Source of the DNA: the human T2T-CHM13v2.0 reference genome, Homo sapiens
Direction: 5' to 3' (one strand)
Assembly: GCF_009914755.1 (NCBI RefSeq)
Contig: NC_060925.1
DNA: 64,000 nucleotides
Below the pieces are notes generated by a model, which made no database searches, was not told where the DNA came from, and saw only the letters and a program-made list of their open reading frames with translations. The position numbers were made by a program, and so were the translations under genes. Of this stretch, positions 58,101 through 64,000 are shown one piece after another; within the stretch, counting starts at the first letter, position 1; each line of letters starts with the position of its first letter.

Positions 58101-61100
58101 TTCATTGAATGGAATCAGATGGAATCATCGAATGGACTTGAATGGAATCGTTGAATGGACTCGAATGGAATCATTATTGAATGGAATTGAATAGAATCAT
58201 CGAATGGTCTCGAATGGAATCATTATCAAATGAAGTCGAATGGAATCACCGAATAGAATCGAATGGAACAATCATCCAATGGACTCAAATGGAAGTATCC
58301 TCAAATGGAATCAAATGGATTTATCGAATGCAATCGAATGGAATTATCGAATGCAATCGAATAGAATCATCGAATGGACTCGAATGGAATCATCGAATGG
58401 AATGCAATGGATTAATCCATGGACTCGAATTCAATCACCATCGAATACAATCGAATGGAGTCATCGAATCGACTCAAATGGAATAATCATTGAATGGAAT
58501 CGAATGGAATCATCGAGTGGAATCGAATGGAATCATGATCAAATGGAATCGAATGTAATCATCATCAAATGGAATCAAAAATAAACATCATCAATAGGTA
58601 TTGAATGGAATTGTCATCAAACGGAATTCAAAGGAATCATCATCAAATGGAACCGAATGGAATCCTCATTGAATGGAAATGAAAGGAGTCATCATCTAAT
58701 GGAATCGCATGGAATCATCATCAAATGGAATCGAATGGAATCGTCATTAAATGGAATCTAATGGAATCATTGAACGGAATTGAATGGAATCGTCATCGAA
58801 TGAATTCAATGCAATCAACGAATGGTCTCGAATGGAACCACCTCCAAATGGAATGGAATGGAATCATCGCATAGAATCGAATGGAATTATCATCGAATTG
58901 ATTCGAATGGAATCAACATCAAATGGGATCAAACGGATTTATCGAATGGAATCGAAGAGAATCATCGAACGGACTCGAATGGAATCATCTAATGGAATGG
59001 AATTTAAGAATCCATGGACTCGAACGCAATCATCATCGAATGGAATCGAATGGAATCATTGAATGGACTCGAATGGAATAATCATTGAATGGAATCGAAT
59101 GGAATCATCATCGGATGGAAACGAATGGAATCATCACATGGAATCAGATGGAATCATCATCAAATGGAATCGAATAGAATTATGGAATGAAATCCATTGT
59201 GATCATCATCGAATGGACTCGAATGGACTCATCATCCAATGGAAACTAATGGAATCAACATCGAATGGAATCGAATGGAAATTCCATCGAATTGAATCGA
59301 ATGGAATTATCATGAAATTGAAATGGATGGACTCATCATCGAATGGATTCGAATGGAATCATCGAATGAAATTGATTGAAATCATCATCAAATGGAATCG
59401 AATGGAATCATTGAATGGAATCGAATGGAATCATCATCAGATGCAAATGAATGCAATCATCATAGAATGGAATCGAGTGGATTCATTGAATGGAATCAGA
59501 TGGAATCATCGAATGGACTTGAATGGAATCATTGAATGGACTCGAATGGAATCATTATTGAATGGAATTGAATGGAATCATCGAATGGTCTCGAATGGAA
59601 TCATTATCAAATGGAATCGAATGGAATCACCGAATAGAATCGAATGGAACAATCATCGAATGGACTCAAATGGAATTATCCTCAAATGGAATCGAATGGA
59701 ATTATCGAATGCAATCGAATGGAATAATCGAATGCAATCGAATAGAATCATCGAATGGACTTGAAGGGAATCATCGATTGAAATGGAATGGAATAGTCAA
59801 TGAACTCGAATGGAATCATCATTGAATGGAATCATCGAGTGGAATCGAATGGAATCATGATCAAATGGAATCGAATGTAATCATCATCAAATGGAATCAA
59901 AAATAACCATCATCAATTGGTATTGAATGGAATTGTCATCAAACGGAATTCAAAGGAATCATCAACAAATGGAACCGAATGGAATCCTCATTGAATGGAA
60001 ATGAAAGGAGTCATCATCTAATGGAATCGCATGGAATCATCATCAAATGGAATCGAATGGAATCATCATCAAATGGAATCTAATGGAATCATTGAACGGA
60101 ATTGAATGGAATCGTCATCGAATGAATTGAATGCAATCAACGAATGGTCTCGAATGGAACCACATCCAAATGGAATGGAATGGAATCATCGCATAGAATC
60201 GAATGGAATTATCATGGAATGGACCCGAATGGAATCAACATCAAACGGAATCAAACGGAATTATCGAATGGAATCGAAGAGAATCATCGAACGGGCTCGA
60301 ATGGAATCATCTAATGGAATGGAATGGAAGAATCCATGGACTCGAATGCAATCATCATCGAATGGAATCGAATGGAATCATCGAATGGACTCGAATGGAA
60401 TAATCATTGAACGGAATCGAATGGAATCATCATCGGATGGAAACGAATGGAATCATCATCGAATGGAATCGAATGGGATCATCAAATGGAATCAGATGGA
60501 ATCATCATCAAATGGAATCGAATAGAATTATGGAATGAAATCCAATGTGATCATCATTGAATGGACTCGAATGGAATCATCATCCAATGGAAACTAATGG
60601 AATCAACATTGAATGGAATCGAATGGAAACACCATCGAATTGAAACGAATGGAATTGTCATGAAATTGAAATGGATGGACTCATCATCGAATGGATTCGA
60701 ATGGAATCATCGAATGAAATTGATTGAAATCATCATCAAATGGAATCGAAAGGAATCATTGAATGCAATCGAATGGAATCATCATCAGATGGAAATGAAT
60801 GGAATCATCATAGAATGGAATCGCATGGATTCATTGAATGGAATCAGATGGAATCATCGAATGGACTTGAATGGAATCGTTGAATGGACTCGAATGGAAT
60901 CATTATTGAATGGAATTGAATAGAATCATCGAATGGTCTCGAATGGAATCATTATCAAATGAAGTCGAATGGAATCACCGAATAGAATCGAATGGAACAA
61001 TCATCGAATGGACTCAAATGGAATTATCTTCAAATGGAATCAAATGGATTTATCGAATGCAATCGAATGGAATTATCGAATGCAATCGAATAGAATCATC

Positions 61101-61900
61101 GAATGGACTCGAATGGAATCATCGAATGGAATGCAATGGATTAATCCATGGACTCGAATTCAATCACCATCGAATACAATCGAATGGAGTCATCGAATCG
61201 ACTCAAATGGAATAATCATTGAATGGAATCGAATGGAATCATCGAGTGGAATCGAATGGAATCATGATCAAATGGAATCGAATGTAATCATCATCAAAAG
61301 GAATCAAAAATGAACATCATCAATAGGTATTGAATGGAATTGTCATCAAACGGAATTCAAAGGAATCATCATCAAATGGAACCGAATGGAATCCTCATTG
61401 AATGGAAATGAAAGGAGTCATCATCTAATGGAATCGCATGGAATCATCATCAAATGGAATCGAATGGAATCGTCATTAAATGGAATCTAATGGAATCATT
61501 GAACGGAATTGAATGGAATCGTCATCGAATGAATTCAATGCAATCAAGAAATGGTCTCGAATGGAACCACCTCCAAATGGAATGGAATGGAATCATCGCA
61601 TAGAATCGAATGGAATTATCATCGAATGGATTCGAATGGAATCAACATCAAACGGGATCAAACGGAATTATCGAATGGAATCGAAGAGAATCATCGAACG
61701 GACTCGAATGGAATCATCTAATGGAATGGAATGGAAGAATCCATGGACTCGAATGCAATCATCATCGAATGGAATCGAATGGAATCATTGAATGGACTCG
61801 AATGGAATAATCATTGAATGGAATCGAATGGAATCATCATCGGATGGAAACGAATGGAATCATCAAATGGAATCAGATGGAATCATCATCAAATGGAATC
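49191..61900 (+). repeat. Second, mosaic ~5.46-kb tetrameric higher-order repeat block
   Basis: B units alternate: ATCTTCAAAT type (49191, 54649, 60106) versus GGAAGTATCC/GAATTGAAGAG type (51920, 57378). A units 50598 and 56056 are near-identical (offset 5458). Confidence 0.82.
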
Positions 61901-64000
61901 GAATAGAATTATGGAATGAAATCCATTGTGATCATCATCGAATGGACTCGAATGGAATCATCATCCAATGGAAACTAATGGAATCAACATCGAATGGAAT
62001 CGAATGGAAACACCACCGTATTGAAACGAAGGGAATTATCATGAAATTGAAATGGATGGACTCATCATCGAATGGATTCGAATGGAATCATCGAACGAAA
62101 TTGATTGTAATCATCATCAAATGGAATTGAATGGAATCATTGAATGGAATCGAATGGAATCATCATCAGATGGAAATGAATGGAATCATCATAGAATGGA
62201 ATCGCATGGATTCATTGAATGGAATCAGATGGAATCATCGAATGGACTTGAATGGAATCGATGAATGGACTCGAATGGAATCATTATGGAATGGAATTGA
62301 ATGGAATCATCGAATGGTCTCGAATGGAATCATTATCAAATGGAATCGAATGGAATCACCGAATAGAATCGAATGGAACAATCATCGAATGGACTCAAAT
62401 GGAATTATCCTCAAATGGAATCGAATGGAATTATCGAATGCAATCGAATGGAATAATCGAATGCAATCGAATAGAATCATCGAATGGACTTGAAAGGAAT
62501 CATCGATTGAAATGGAATGGAATAGTCAATGAACTCGAATGGAATCATCATTGAATGGAATCATCGAGTGGAATCGAATGGAATCATGATCAAATGGAAT
62601 CGAAAGTAATCATCATCAAATGGAATCAAAATAACCATAATCAATTGGTATTGAATGGAATTGTCATCAAACGGAATTCAATGGAATCATCATCAAATGG
62701 AACCGAATGGAATCCTCATTGAATGGAAATGAAAGGAGTCATCATCTAATGGAATCGCATGGAATCATCATCAAATGGAATCGAATGGAATCATCATCAA
62801 ATGGAATCTAATGGAATCATTGAATGGAATTGAATGGAATCGTCATCGAATGAATTGAATGCAATCAACGAATGGTCTCTAATGGAACCACCTCCAAATG
62901 GAATGGAATGGAATCATCGCATAGAATCGAATGGAATTATCATCGAATGGACCCGAATGGAATCAACATCAAACGGAATCAAACGGAATTATCGAATGGA
63001 ATCGAAGAGAATCATCGAACGGACTCGAATGGAATCATCTAATGGAATGGAATGGAAGAATCCATGGACTCGAATGCAATCATCATCGAATGGAATCGAA
63101 TGGAATCATCGAATGGACTCGAATGGAATAATCATTGAACGGAATCGAATGGAATCATCATCGGATGGAAACGAATGGAATCATCATCGAATGGAATCAA
63201 ATGGGATCATCAAAAGGAATCAGATGGAATCATCATCAAATGGAATCGAATAGAATTATGGAATGAAATCCAATGTGATCATCACTGAATGGACTCGAAT
63301 GGAATCATCATCCAATGGAAACTAATGGAATCAACATCGAATGGAATCGAATGGAAACACCATCGAATTGAAACGAATGGAATTATCATGAAATTGAAAT
63401 GGATGGACTCATCATCGAATGGATTCGAATGGAATCATCGAATGAAATTGATTGAAATCATCATCAAATGGAATCGAAAGGAATCATTGAATGGAATCGA
63501 ATGGAATCATCATCAGATGGAAATGAATGGAATCATCATAGAATGGAATCGCATGGATTCATTGAATGGAATCAGATGGAATCATCGAATGGACTTGAAT
63601 GGAATCGTTGAATGGACTGGAATGGAATCATTATTGAATGGAATTGAATAGAATCATCGAATGGTCTCGAATGGAATCATTATCAAATGAAGTCGAATGG
63701 AAACACCGAATAGAATCGAATGGAACAATCATCGAATGGACTCAAATGGAATTATCCTCAAATGGAATCAAATGGATTTATCGAATGCAATCGAATGGAA
63801 TTATCGAATGCAATCGAATAGAATCATCGAATGGACTCGAATGGAATCATTGAATGGAATGCAATGGATTAATCCATGGACTCGAATTCAATCACCATCG
63901 AATACAATCGAATGGAGTCATTGAATCGACTCAAATGGAATAATCATTGAATGGAATCGAATGGAATCATCGAGTGGAATCGAATGGAGTCATGATGAAA

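Larger units (their letters stand above)
1..64000 (+). repeat. Satellite II (HSat2/HSATII) tandem array, GGAAT strand on +; about 48 monomers of ~1.32/1.41 kb
   Basis: Continuous degenerate (GGAAT)n with ATCATCGAATGGAATCGAATGG / GGACTCGAATGG 23-26-bp subunits and dense TCGA. This is typical of HSat2; HSat3 would show long pure GGAAT runs with CAACCCGA[G/A]T spacers, which I did not see. Landmarks (GGTATTGAATGGAATTGTCATC, GAAATGAAAGGAGTC, AGAATTATGGAATGAAATCC) recur once per ~1.3-1.4 kb throughout. Confidence 0.97.

Noticed and set aside
23-63924. All listed ORFs as protein-coding genes
   Set aside because: They are overlapping multi-frame translations of GGAAT/ATC repeats, repeated per monomer and freely broken by stops and frameshifts, with no recognisable domain. 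The lack of minus-strand ORFs follows from abundant TCA (TGA on the minus strand).
1-64000. CRISPR array or other prokaryotic repeat system
   Set aside because: No constant repeat with unique spacers, no leader and no cas-like genes; all sequence is satellite-derived.
1-64000. HSat3, alpha satellite or telomeric repeat identity
   Set aside because: No long pure GGAAT runs or CAACCCGA[G/A]T spacers, no 171-bp period or CENP-B box, and no TTAGGG seen.
1-64000. Inversion or embedded transposon (Alu/L1)
   Set aside because: No switch to CATTC strand, poly(A) tail or non-satellite stretch seen. All landmark spacings are 1407 bp or less, leaving no room for a sizeable insert.
1-64000. Assignment to a specific chromosome or HSat2 subfamily
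   Set aside because: Cannot be done reliably from memory; it needs alignment or subfamily k-mer classification against a T2T assembly.

Overview
The whole 64 kb is one uninterrupted, single-orientation array of classical satellite II type (HSat2/HSATII: diverged GGAAT/CATTC pentamers arranged as ~23/26-bp subunits rich in ATCATCGAATGG and GGACTCGAATGG). It is most likely human, or possibly great-ape, pericentromeric heterochromatin. I see no genes, transposons, RNA genes or unique sequence, and the ORF track is a translation artefact of the repeat. Using a once-per-unit landmark (ATGGAATCGTCATCGAATGAATT; 47 copies, 1219 to 62834), the array resolves into two monomer types, A (~1321-1322 bp) and B (~1407 bp). 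They mostly alternate as a ~2.73-kb dimer. Two local ~5.45-kb tetramer higher-order repeats, long-range duplications (offsets ~4, 15, 20.6 and 24-26 kb), A/B recombinant monomers and microhomology-flanked deletions are superimposed. Each monomer is itself an ancient dimer of ~0.8 + 0.55/0.6-kb halves and usually carries two DUX4-consensus sites. The interest lies in repeat architecture and turnover; I found no evidence of a new protein-coding system. All counts were made by eye, and I cannot assign the chromosome or subfamily.
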